From positions 207 through 64,206 of the forward strand of contig JBQTHT010000009.1 of assembly GCA_052389595.1 (NCBI GenBank): DNA of 64,000 nucleotides, written 5' to 3'. Under the pieces are notes generated by a model. The model worked only from the letters and a program-made list of their open reading frames with translations. It was not told where the DNA came from and searched no databases. The first letter of the stretch is position 1. Each line of letters starts with the position of its first letter. Source of the stretch: Nitrospiraceae bacterium. Lineage in GTDB: Bacteria; Nitrospirota; Nitrospiria; Nitrospirales; Nitrospiraceae. The translations under genes were made by a program, and so were the position numbers. Positions 55,780-64,000 of the stretch are shown in pieces.

Positions 55780-56523
55780 CTATCGCGGTCGTTGAGTTGC
55801 CTCCCACTCCTCCATGATCTTCAGGCTCGCGCTCGTACCGATTCGATCGGCGCCGGCCTCAAGAAGAGCCAGCGTTGCCTTGAGATCTCGAATTCCACCC
55901 GATGCCTTCACCTTAGCTTGGCCTTCGACCGTGGCCTTCATCAATCGGACATCTTCGACCGTCCCGCCCCCCGCTCCGAACCCAGTAGAAGTTTTTACAT
56001 ACTCGGCGCCCGCATCGACGACAAGACGGCAGGCGGTGATCTTCTCCTGGCGCGTCAGATAACAGGTCTCGAGAATGACCTTATGCCCCACGGCGGGCGT
56101 CGAGCGAACCACTTCTGCAATATCCCTCTGTACGCCATCGTAGTCGCCTGACTTCAATCGGCTGATATTGATGACCATGTCCAACTCTTTTGCGCCGCGT
56201 GCAGCCGCTTCGACAGCCTCCGCGACCTTGGTCTTGGTCGTATGCGCTCCCAGGGGAAACCCGATGGGGATGCCGACTCGTATGGAAGTTCCCCGCACGG
56301 CAGCCACCGCCTCATCCACGTAACAGGGGGGAACAAAGATGACGCCGAAGCCATGCGCTCGTGCTTCTTCGCACAATCGCAGCACGTCGGACTTGATCGC
56401 CTCCGGCCGCAGCAAGGTATGGTCGATGAACGACGCTGGATCAATGCAGCGATGGCGTTCGGACATCGTGGAGGTCCCCACATCTGAGCTCACGTGCAAG
56501 ATACGGATGGTCCTTTCATCCAT
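55780..56523 (-). CDS. deoC: deoxyribose-phosphate aldolase
   Basis: It has IDHTLLRPEA, VKTSTGF and KASGGIR motifs. Confidence 0.9.
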   Translation of the reverse strand: MDERTIRILHVSSDVGTSTMSERHRCIDPASFIDHTLLRPEAIKSDVLRLCEEARAHGFGVIFVPPCYVDEAVAAVRGTSIRVGIPIGFPLGAHTTKTKVAEAVEAAARGAKELDMVINISRLKSGDYDGVQRDIAEVVRSTPAVGHKVILETCYLTRQEKITACRLVVDAGAEYVKTSTGFGAGGGTVEDVRLMKATVEGQAKVKASGGIRDLKATLALLEAGADRIGTSASLKIMEEWEATQRPR

Positions 56524-57556
56524 GCGTAGCCGGAACTTTGCGGAACGGTCGGCGCTGATACTTTTCTACCGCAAGATTGTGTTCGAGCAACGTGGACGAG
56601 AACTGATGACTGCCGTCATTACGGGACACAAAATAGAGATAGGGGGTATTGGCGGGATACAGCGCCGCCTCGATGGCTCGAGCACCCGGATTGGCGATGG
56701 GACCCGGCGGTAAGCCCTGCACTCGATAGGTGTTGTAGGGACTGAGACTCGATAGATCACGTTTTCGAATGTTCCCATCGAAACCGGTCAGACCATAGAT
56801 CACGGTCGGATCGCTTTGCAACGGAATTTTTCGTCGAAGTCGATTGTGGAAGACGGCTGAAATGAATTGTCGCTCTGTTTCCATACTGGTTTCTTTCTCA
56901 ATCACGGAGGCTAGGGTCAAGACTTGGTGCGTGCTCAGCTTAAGTTCGCTAGCGCGGGCGAGCAGTTCCGGCGTCAGGTTTTGCCGGAGCTTCTCCACAA
57001 GAGTCCGGATGACCTCCTGCGCTCTGGTCCCCCGTGCAAAGCGATAGGTGTCGGGAAACAAATAGCCTTCGAGGCTGTCGGCGTCAATCTCCAAACTATG
57101 GATAAAGGAATGGTCGCGACAAAGACGGAGGAATTCACCGGGATCAGTTACGGCATGGTGCCCCAACACGGCGGCAACTTGACTCATCGTATAACCTTCG
57201 GGAATGGTCACAGGGTGAAGCACCACTCTGCCGGCCAAGAGTTTGGCGAGGATATCCGCCGGCAGCATCGCGGCATTTAATTCATACTCGCCGGGAAGGA
57301 CTTTCCGATCGGCAGCGTGAGCCTTGCCGAGAAGGATGAAGGCGGAACGGCTTTTGATCAGGTGTGCGCGTTCGAGGGAGGTGGCGACCTGCTGAAAGGT
57401 TGCGCCTTCTTGGACGATCACGATTTTAGAAGGAGGTCTCTCTGCTTGACCGACTGCGGGACTCTCAATCCACCGCATCACCTGGTACGCGGCCACTCCT
57501 CCGATCCAGATGAGAAGTCCCAGAAGCCAGAGTATCCGCCGACCATTCTTCGTCAT
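56516..57556 (-). CDS. mltG: endolytic murein transglycosylase MltG (YceG family)
   Basis: It has an N-terminal TM helix and the YceG pattern (LASVIEKET, PTVIYG, YNTY...GLPPGPI.NPG). Confidence 0.9.
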   Translation of the reverse strand: MTKNGRRILWLLGLLIWIGGVAAYQVMRWIESPAVGQAERPPSKIVIVQEGATFQQVATSLERAHLIKSRSAFILLGKAHAADRKVLPGEYELNAAMLPADILAKLLAGRVVLHPVTIPEGYTMSQVAAVLGHHAVTDPGEFLRLCRDHSFIHSLEIDADSLEGYLFPDTYRFARGTRAQEVIRTLVEKLRQNLTPELLARASELKLSTHQVLTLASVIEKETSMETERQFISAVFHNRLRRKIPLQSDPTVIYGLTGFDGNIRKRDLSSLSPYNTYRVQGLPPGPIANPGARAIEAALYPANTPYLYFVSRNDGSHQFSSTLLEHNLAVEKYQRRPFRKVPATHG

Positions 57557-58019
57557 GGTTCAGTGTGAGATCGGGTTCATCTGCCTGCGCGGGGAGCGAC
57601 TGGCTCTCCAAATAACTTTGCAGCAGGAGCGCAGCCGCCACACGGTCCACCGTGCCTTTCCGTTTCTTGCGACTCACATCGGCCGCGATCAGTAACTGCT
57701 CGGCCGACTTGGTCGTCATGCGCTCGTCCCATGTTGTAATGGGAACGGTGAGAACTCGTTCTAATTCTCCGATAAATTGTTGCACTGCCTGCGCCGCCGG
57801 CCCGGCTTCGCCGTTAAGCCGTAACGGCAGTCCGACCACGATGGCGCCGACTTCATGCATCGTGACCAATTTTCCGATGTGGGCGATATCGGCGGCAAGA
57901 TTTCGCCGCTCGTACGTTTCCAGCGGCTGCGCGATCCACCCCATTTCATCGCTGAGCGCCACACCGATCCGTTTCGTACCATAATCGAGCGCAAGGATAC
58001 GGCGCGTGCGCGTGCTCAT
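57465..58019 (-). CDS. ruvX: Holliday junction resolvase-like RuvX/YqgF
   Basis: It has ILALDYGTKRIGVALSD and DERMTT motifs. At 184 aa it is longer than usual, and its tail overlaps mltG by 92 nt. Confidence 0.88.
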   Translation of the reverse strand: MSTRTRRILALDYGTKRIGVALSDEMGWIAQPLETYERRNLAADIAHIGKLVTMHEVGAIVVGLPLRLNGEAGPAAQAVQQFIGELERVLTVPITTWDERMTTKSAEQLLIAADVSRKKRKGTVDRVAAALLLQSYLESQSLPAQADEPDLTLNHDEEWSADTLASGTSHLDRRSGRVPGDAVD

Positions 58020-58022
58020 ACA

Positions 58023-60653
58023 TTACCGCCCCAGAGCAGTTTCGACCAGTCCAAATACTTTTTCCAGCGCCGCATCGAGCTTGCCGGGATTCTTTCCTCC
58101 GGCGTGCGCCATTTCCGGACGCCCGCCGCCGGCGCCGCCCACTTCACTCGCCATGTCGCGAATCAACTCCCCGGCCTTGAGGCGGGGCACGAGATCGTTC
58201 GTCACAACGACGAGCAACGAAACTTTGTCGTCATGGGCCGCGCCCAAGGCGATCACGCCGCTACGCAATTTATCGCGCAACTGGTCCGCGAGCGCGCGCA
58301 TGGCGCCTTGATCCAATCCGTCGGCCCGCTGCGCATGGACGGTGACTCCCTGGATCGTCCTCGCATGAGCGTCGGCGCCCTTTCCGCTCGCCAGGCGCAG
58401 TTTGACCTCTTCCAGCTCCCGTTCTTTTTCTTTCAACTGCGCGGCTAATTTCCTGGTCTTCGCCACCAGTTCCGACGGGTTGACTTTCAAGAGATCAGAT
58501 AGTTCTCGAACATCGGCTTCGAGACGCTTCACCTGTGAGAATGCGCCGCTGCCGGTCAGCGCTTCGATTCGACGCACCCCGGCAGCGACTCCGGTTTCGG
58601 AGACGACGCGAAAAATTCCGATTTCCCCCGTGTGCCGGCAATGCGTGCCGCCGCACAATTCCCTACTGAAGGTGTCGATACTCACCACACGCACCTGCTC
58701 TCCATACTTGTCGCCGAAGAAGGCGAGCGCGCCGGCCGCCACCGCCTCCTGCACCCCCATGACGTCGGTCCGCACGAAGTCGTTGCGGCGCACCTGAGCA
58801 TTCACCATCGTTTCAATCTCATCGATGTCTCGTGACGAGAGCGGCTTGAAATGCGCAAAGTCGAACCGCAGCCTATTCGGAGCGACGAGCGACCCGTATT
58901 GCTTGACGTGCGGACCAAGCAAATCGCGAAGGGCCGCATGGACGAGATGCGTCGCGGTGTGGTTTCGCGCCGCATCGTGCCGAGCCACCGGGTTCACCTT
59001 CATCTGCAGCCGCTCACCCTCGCGAATTCGGCCGGCCAAGACCATTCCTTTATGAAGGATCACCGTGGGAAGCGGGCGAGTCGTTTCTCGAATCTCGATG
59101 CGTCCTTTCGGCCCGGTTAATAGGCCCTGGTCTCCGACCTGTCCTCCTCCTTCTGCATAAAATGGCGTGACGTCCAAGACGAGTTCCACCTCGTCTCCTT
59201 CCGCCGCCTCTTTTACCAATCGATCGTCTTTGAGGATGGCCTGAACGAGACTGTCCGATTCCAGCCGCTCATAACCGACAAAATTGGTCGCGCCCAGGCG
59301 CCCCGCCAACTCCGCCACGACCGGTTTGGCCGAGACCGCTTCGAAACCGGCCGTTTTCCTGGCTCTGGTGCGCTGTTCCTCGATGGCCCGGTTGAAGCCC
59401 TCCTCGTCTAGGGTCATGTTCTGCTCGCGGCACGCTTCGGCAATCAAGTCGAGAGGGAATCCATACGTATCATAGAGCTTGAAGATGTCGCTTCCCGGCA
59501 GAACTGCACGACCGGCGCCTTGAGTCTTGGCGATCATCTCGTTCAAGATGGGTAGTCCTTGATCCAATGTGGCGATAAATCGCTCTTCCTCACCTTGCGT
59601 CACTTCGGCGATCGTTCCCGCTGCGATTCTCACCTCGGGATAGGCTAACGTCATCTGATCGATGACGCTTCCGGTTAGTTCATGGAGAAACGGTTCTGTA
59701 CGCCCCAGCAGCCGGCCGTGGCGCGCAGCCCGACGCATAATCCGCCGCAACACATAGCCGCGTCCTTCATTCGAAGGCAGGATCCCGTCTGCGATGAGAA
59801 ATGTGGTCGCGCGAAGATGATCCGCGATCACACGCATGGATCGATCGCCGACGGGTTCTGCGCCATACGTGTGGCCCGTTCGCTTGGCGATCGCGGTCAG
59901 AATGGGTTGGAAGAGATCGCTATCGTAGTTGCTATAGACCCCTTGCGCCACTGCCGCTAACCGCTCCAGACCCATTCCGGTATCGATGCTGGGTTTGGGA
60001 AGCGGATGGAGCCGCCCGGACGTGTCCCGATTGAATTGCATAAAGACGAGGTTCCAAATCTCGATGACTCGATCCCCTTCCCCATTGGGCGCTTCATCTC
60101 CCGGCACAGACGGGCCCTGGTCGTAATGAATTTCCGAGCAAGGGCCGCATGGGCCGGTGTCGGCCATTTGCCAGAAATTGTCTTTTTCACCGCATCGCAT
60201 GATGCGAGCCGGCGAAACGCCGATCTTCCGCCAGAGAGCGTCCGCTTCGTCGTCTTCTCGAAAGATGGTGACCCAGAGTCGCTCACGTGACAACCCCACC
60301 ACCTCAGTCAGAAATTGCCACCCGAAATGGATCGCCTCCAGCTTGAAGTAATCGCCGAAGGAGAAATTCCCCAACATTTCGAAAAACGTGTGGTGGCGTC
60401 GAGTGTAGCCGACATTCTCTAAATCATTGTGTTTCCCACCGGCACGCACACACTTTTGCACTGTGACGGCACGGTTGTAGGGACGGCTCTCCTCGCCCAG
60501 AAAGACCGGCTTGAATTGATTCATCCCGGCATTCGTGAACAGAAGCGTGGGATCCGCTTGTGGAATCAGCGACGAACTCGGCACAGCGCGATGGCCATGC
60601 TGTTCAAAATATCGAAGAAAGGCTTGCCGGAGTTCCTGCCCCGCCTGCTTCAT
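58023..60653 (-). CDS. alaS: alanine--tRNA ligase
   Basis: 876 aa with class II AlaRS motifs (FTNAGMNQFK) and an HxxxH editing domain (HTATHLVH ... CGGTHC). Confidence 0.98.
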   Translation of the reverse strand: MKQAGQELRQAFLRYFEQHGHRAVPSSSLIPQADPTLLFTNAGMNQFKPVFLGEESRPYNRAVTVQKCVRAGGKHNDLENVGYTRRHHTFFEMLGNFSFGDYFKLEAIHFGWQFLTEVVGLSRERLWVTIFREDDEADALWRKIGVSPARIMRCGEKDNFWQMADTGPCGPCSEIHYDQGPSVPGDEAPNGEGDRVIEIWNLVFMQFNRDTSGRLHPLPKPSIDTGMGLERLAAVAQGVYSNYDSDLFQPILTAIAKRTGHTYGAEPVGDRSMRVIADHLRATTFLIADGILPSNEGRGYVLRRIMRRAARHGRLLGRTEPFLHELTGSVIDQMTLAYPEVRIAAGTIAEVTQGEEERFIATLDQGLPILNEMIAKTQGAGRAVLPGSDIFKLYDTYGFPLDLIAEACREQNMTLDEEGFNRAIEEQRTRARKTAGFEAVSAKPVVAELAGRLGATNFVGYERLESDSLVQAILKDDRLVKEAAEGDEVELVLDVTPFYAEGGGQVGDQGLLTGPKGRIEIRETTRPLPTVILHKGMVLAGRIREGERLQMKVNPVARHDAARNHTATHLVHAALRDLLGPHVKQYGSLVAPNRLRFDFAHFKPLSSRDIDEIETMVNAQVRRNDFVRTDVMGVQEAVAAGALAFFGDKYGEQVRVVSIDTFSRELCGGTHCRHTGEIGIFRVVSETGVAAGVRRIEALTGSGAFSQVKRLEADVRELSDLLKVNPSELVAKTRKLAAQLKEKERELEEVKLRLASGKGADAHARTIQGVTVHAQRADGLDQGAMRALADQLRDKLRSGVIALGAAHDDKVSLLVVVTNDLVPRLKAGELIRDMASEVGGAGGGRPEMAHAGGKNPGKLDAALEKVFGLVETALGR

Positions 60654-61131
60654 GACGTGTTCTGCTCCTGATCCCCGCGTGCCTGCATCACCGTTTGGAT
60701 CGTTTCCTCGTCGAACCCCCGTTGCTTCAGAAACCTCGCGATACGCCCAGCGGTCTTTTGATCCTCACCCCCCCCAGACCTAGCCCTGACCACCTGGCCG
60801 GCCAGATCCGCTTCCCGCTGTAAGTGATACATTTTCCCCAACGCATACTCGACAATGTCATCGGCCAGCCCACGGGACAACAGGTCGGCCTTCAGTCGCT
60901 CGCGCCCCACCGGCTTTCGAGCCAGGCGGGATTCAGCCCATCGCAATGCATAAGCCCTGTCATTGATATAGCCGAGTTTCGAGAGCCGCCGCAGAGCCGA
61001 CTGGATGTGACCGGCTGACGCTCCCTTTCGTCCCAAATATTGCGCAATTTGCGCGCTGGTCCGATCCCGTCCCGCCAGATACTTGAGCGCGACCTGCGCC
61101 ACATCGAACTCTTTGGTCCGCTGTTGTTTGA

Positions 61132-61135
<4 letters not shown>
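60650..61135 (-). CDS. recX: recombination regulator RecX
   Basis: It shows the three-repeat RecX helical pattern. It lies immediately downstream of recA and overlaps it. Confidence 0.85.
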
Positions 61136-62226
<1,091 letters not shown>

Positions 62227-62260
62227 GCAGCACTCCTTCTCTAAGGGTATGAATCGGCGA

Positions 62261-62266
62261 ATTATA
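62261..62266 (-). promoter_or_regulatory. probable recA -10 box (TATAAT)
   Basis: A perfect TATAAT on the - strand lies about 35 nt upstream of the recA ATG. The -35 region is weak (GGTTTC). Confidence 0.4.
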
Positions 62267-62303
62267 CCGGAGATGGGAGGGGGAAACCTAGCCCAACTTC
62301 CGT

Positions 62304-62331
62304 CTCGTGAAACGTCAGGCGTGAAGCGTGA
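62304..62331. repeat. CGTGAA(A/G)CG direct-repeat copy upstream of recA
   Basis: CTCGTGAAACGTCAGGCGTGAAGCGTGA shares the pattern CGTGAAACGT-N4-CGTGAAG with 2861-2887 (inverted there). Confidence 0.6.
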
Positions 62332-62476
62332 TTCGCAGGCTAGGAATGCGACTGCGACATGGGCGGAAGCGAGGGTTCCGCACTTAGCAGCAATGCGGTC
62401 GTCGCAGATGACACCGAGCACTGTCGCACTTTCGTTCGAGCGAAGCCCCGTGGCTGGCACCCACAGTCTCGTATAG

Positions 62477-62565
62477 ACCGACCCGGTCGGCTTTAATCAC
62501 TCTTCATCAGTACGGCCACCTCTACCGCCAGCGAGCGTAATGACAATGGCCGGTCCATCACGCCA
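62477..62565. repeat. 89-nt direct repeat, copy 1
   Basis: It shares an identical 15-nt left end ACCGACCCGGTCGGC and an identical 18-nt right end GGCCGGTCCATCACGCCA with copy 2. It also shares the internal blocks TTCATCAG and ACCGCCA. Both copies are the same length. Confidence 0.7.
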
Positions 62566-63022
62566 CTCTTGGCCAGTGCTTCTCCGACATACCCCCTTCT
62601 TTGATCCGCGCGAGGCTCAGGTGCGGATTCAAGGAGCTGACGAATAGATGGTGTCTGACACCGTGTCTTTTCCGAAGGTGAAGGGTGGCTTCAGCGACCG
62701 GCTCGTGTGCAGCGACGGCAAAGGGATAGAAATAGCTATCCAGGCTTGCGAGGTCACTCCCATATTCTTTCCCGCCAAGCATTGCATCGCACAACACTTC
62801 CCGCACACGCGTGAGTTCTTTCCTGCGACCTTTCCAGCGAAGATCGCCCGATCGTCATATCGAGGAGTTCCAACGCGCGGACGAACGCCTTCTCACACTG
62901 TTGTAGATCCTTCTCTTGCCAGCGATGGGCCCGTGTACCTCATTGCCGACACTGGCCAATTGTTCTGCCGGCGAAAACGTTTGCCAGCGCCCGGCAGCCA
63001 GGTTCGCATGTTGATGCATCAT
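62558..63022 (-). pseudogene. conserved small hypothetical gene with two frameshifts
   Basis: The - strand reads MMHQHANLAAGRWQTFSPAEQLASVGNEVH, then shifts frame to RAHRWQEKDLQQCEKAFVRALELLDMTIG. It shifts again to DLRWKGRRKELTRVREVLCDAMLGGKEYGSDLASLDSYFYPFAVAA. I recall a widespread ~110-aa family with this pattern (ANLAAGRW ... ALELLDLTI ... YFY.F..AA) but cannot name it. Confidence 0.5.
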
Positions 63023-63131
63023 TCCGCTAACCTCGTGTTCGCCTAAAATGGGTTCTTTGTCGTCGAGTCGGGTGATTGGAACAGACGAGATTCAGCTCCC
63101 ACTCAACCGCATCTCCCACAGCTTTGTGTAC

Positions 63132-63220
63132 ACCGACCCGGTCGGCCCCAACTCGCTTTTCATCAGCATAACCGATTCCACCGCCAACGATCCAAAGCTA
63201 GCGGCCGGTCCATCACGCCA
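63132..63220. repeat. 89-nt direct repeat, copy 2
   Basis: See copy 1. It has the same orientation and lies 655 nt downstream. Confidence 0.7.
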
Positions 63221-63328
63221 GGCGTTTCTCCAGGGACTTTGAGCAACCAGGGCGCCGAACATCGTTTGGGTATGGAATTGCCGTGGCATGGCCTTGCGAA
63301 AAGCTACGCCATTGGCGTATCATCCGTT

Positions 63329-63645
63329 ATGCGCTTTGTCGAAACCCCGGTCTTTACTGCGGCGTTTCGACGGCACTTGGACGATGCGACCTATCGGGCG
63401 CTCCAGTTGGCTCTCGTCCTCCGCCCTGAGCAAGGCCCGATCATTCCAGGCGGGGGTGGGTGCGGAAGCTGCGCTGGTCTGCAGAAGGACGGGGAAAGCG
63501 AGGCGGCGTGCGCCTGATCTACTACTGGGATCCGGCGAGCCACACGTTCTATATGCTCTACCTCTACGCGAAGAGCGAGCAAGGTGATCTGACAGCGGCC
63601 CAGGTGAAGACACTCGCGCGACTCGTTCAGGAGGAATTCACATGA
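63329..63645 (+). pseudogene. RelE/ParE-superfamily toxin (DUF1044-like), frameshifted
   Basis: MRFVETPVFTAAFRRHLDDATYRALQLALVLRPEQGPIIPGGGG lies in one frame. (V)RKLRWSAEGRGKRGGVRLIYYWDPASHTFYMLYLYAKSEQGDLTAAQVKTLARLV lies in the next. The shift is in the G-rich run at about 63455-63460. Confidence 0.65.
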
Positions 63646-63953
63646 AGGATGCGGCATTCCAAGAACTGCTCACGAGCATCCGCCAGGCCGGGCGGATTCG
63701 TCGGGGCACGCTCAAGCCGGCTCGGGTTATGACCTTTCGACCTGCGGATGTAAAATCGGTTCGCGACAAGCTCAAGGCGTCACAGACCGAGTTCGCCCTC
63801 ATGATTGGCGTGAGTGTGGCGACGTTGCGGAACTGGGAGCAGGGACGCCGCACGCCAGATGGTCCAGCGCTTGCGCTCTTGCGCGTCGCCGCTCGAAATC
63901 CGCGGGCGGTCGCCGAGGCATTGCACCGCGAACCTCGCAAAGGTGCGGCCTAA
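63642..63953 (+). CDS. XRE-family HTH antitoxin (NadS-like)
   Basis: LKASQTEFALMIGVSVATLRNWEQGRRTPDGPALALLRV. Its start overlaps the toxin stop (ATGA). Confidence 0.8.
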   Translation: MKDAAFQELLTSIRQAGRIRRGTLKPARVMTFRPADVKSVRDKLKASQTEFALMIGVSVATLRNWEQGRRTPDGPALALLRVAARNPRAVAEALHREPRKGAA

Positions 63954-64000
63954 GGGAGGCATACAACCTCCTACGGTTGAGCCCGACACACCAGAGAATG

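Noticed and set aside
62227-62340. LexA/SOS box upstream of recA.
   Set aside because: No CTGT-N8-ACAG, GAAC-N4-GTTC or GTTC-N7-GTTC motif is present. The only repeated motif there (TTCACG units) belongs to the dispersed CGTGAAGCG family, which also occurs in unrelated contexts.
62227-62460. In-frame N-terminal extension of RecA (ORF 61132-62460).
   Set aside because: The canonical RecA N-terminus [12 protein letters not shown] starts at 62226 with a GAAGGAG RBS and a TATAAT box upstream. The extension is translated from promoter and repeat DNA.
62477-63220. Integron attC sites / gene cassette interpretation of the 89-nt direct repeats.
   Set aside because: I found no RYYYAAC / GTTRRRY core sites. 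The two conserved ends are not inverted repeats of each other. There is no integrase in the window, and the neighbouring genes are in mixed orientation.

Overview
This is a 64-kb window from a moderately GC-rich bacterium. The housekeeping proteins remind me of Nitrospirota, but I cannot verify that without a search. The window splits into two parts. From about 32 kb to 62.4 kb it is conserved core genome: a MATE pump, a PanE-like reductase, a sirtuin and a HAD hydrolase. On the + strand this part carries valS-nadC-birA-coaX-grpE-dnaK-dnaJ-rsmE. On the - strand it carries deoB, deoC, mltG, ruvX, alaS, recX and recA. All of these genes are intact. The left half (1 to 30.6 kb) is accessory and holds the two most interesting loci. 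(1) At 9.4-15.7 kb there is a tightly coupled RiPP-type operon. It encodes a PqqD-like RRE, three radical SAM enzymes with SPASM/Twitch-type auxiliary domains, an HPr-kinase-like P-loop kinase, a PF14907-type nucleotidyltransferase and an S26-like peptidase. A 61-aa ORF in the middle of the operon looks like the precursor: it has a lasso-type YxxPxL leader motif, exactly three Cys and a C-terminal Ser. No lasso cyclase, YcaO or lanthipeptide enzyme is present. (2) At 18.1-29.9 kb there is a lipodipeptide NRPS operon with the domain order FAAL-ACP-C-A-T-C-A-T-TE. Its TE nucleophile motif reads GxCxG (Cys instead of Ser). A cyclic-peptide-type ABC exporter and an Sfp-type PPTase follow it. A tRNA-Ser(CGA) with a degenerate duplicate of its own 3' end marks the accessory/core boundary. 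Three toxin-antitoxin loci, a TPR gene and another small gene carry frameshifts or nonsense codons, while every long housekeeping ORF is intact. A short dispersed repeat family built on CGTGAAGCG units occurs in intergenic regions and also inside ORFs. A pair of 89-nt direct repeats brackets a decayed gene next to recA. I saw no rRNA, CRISPR array, transposase or integrase. All calls come from reading the ORF translations and the DNA by eye; no searches were run.
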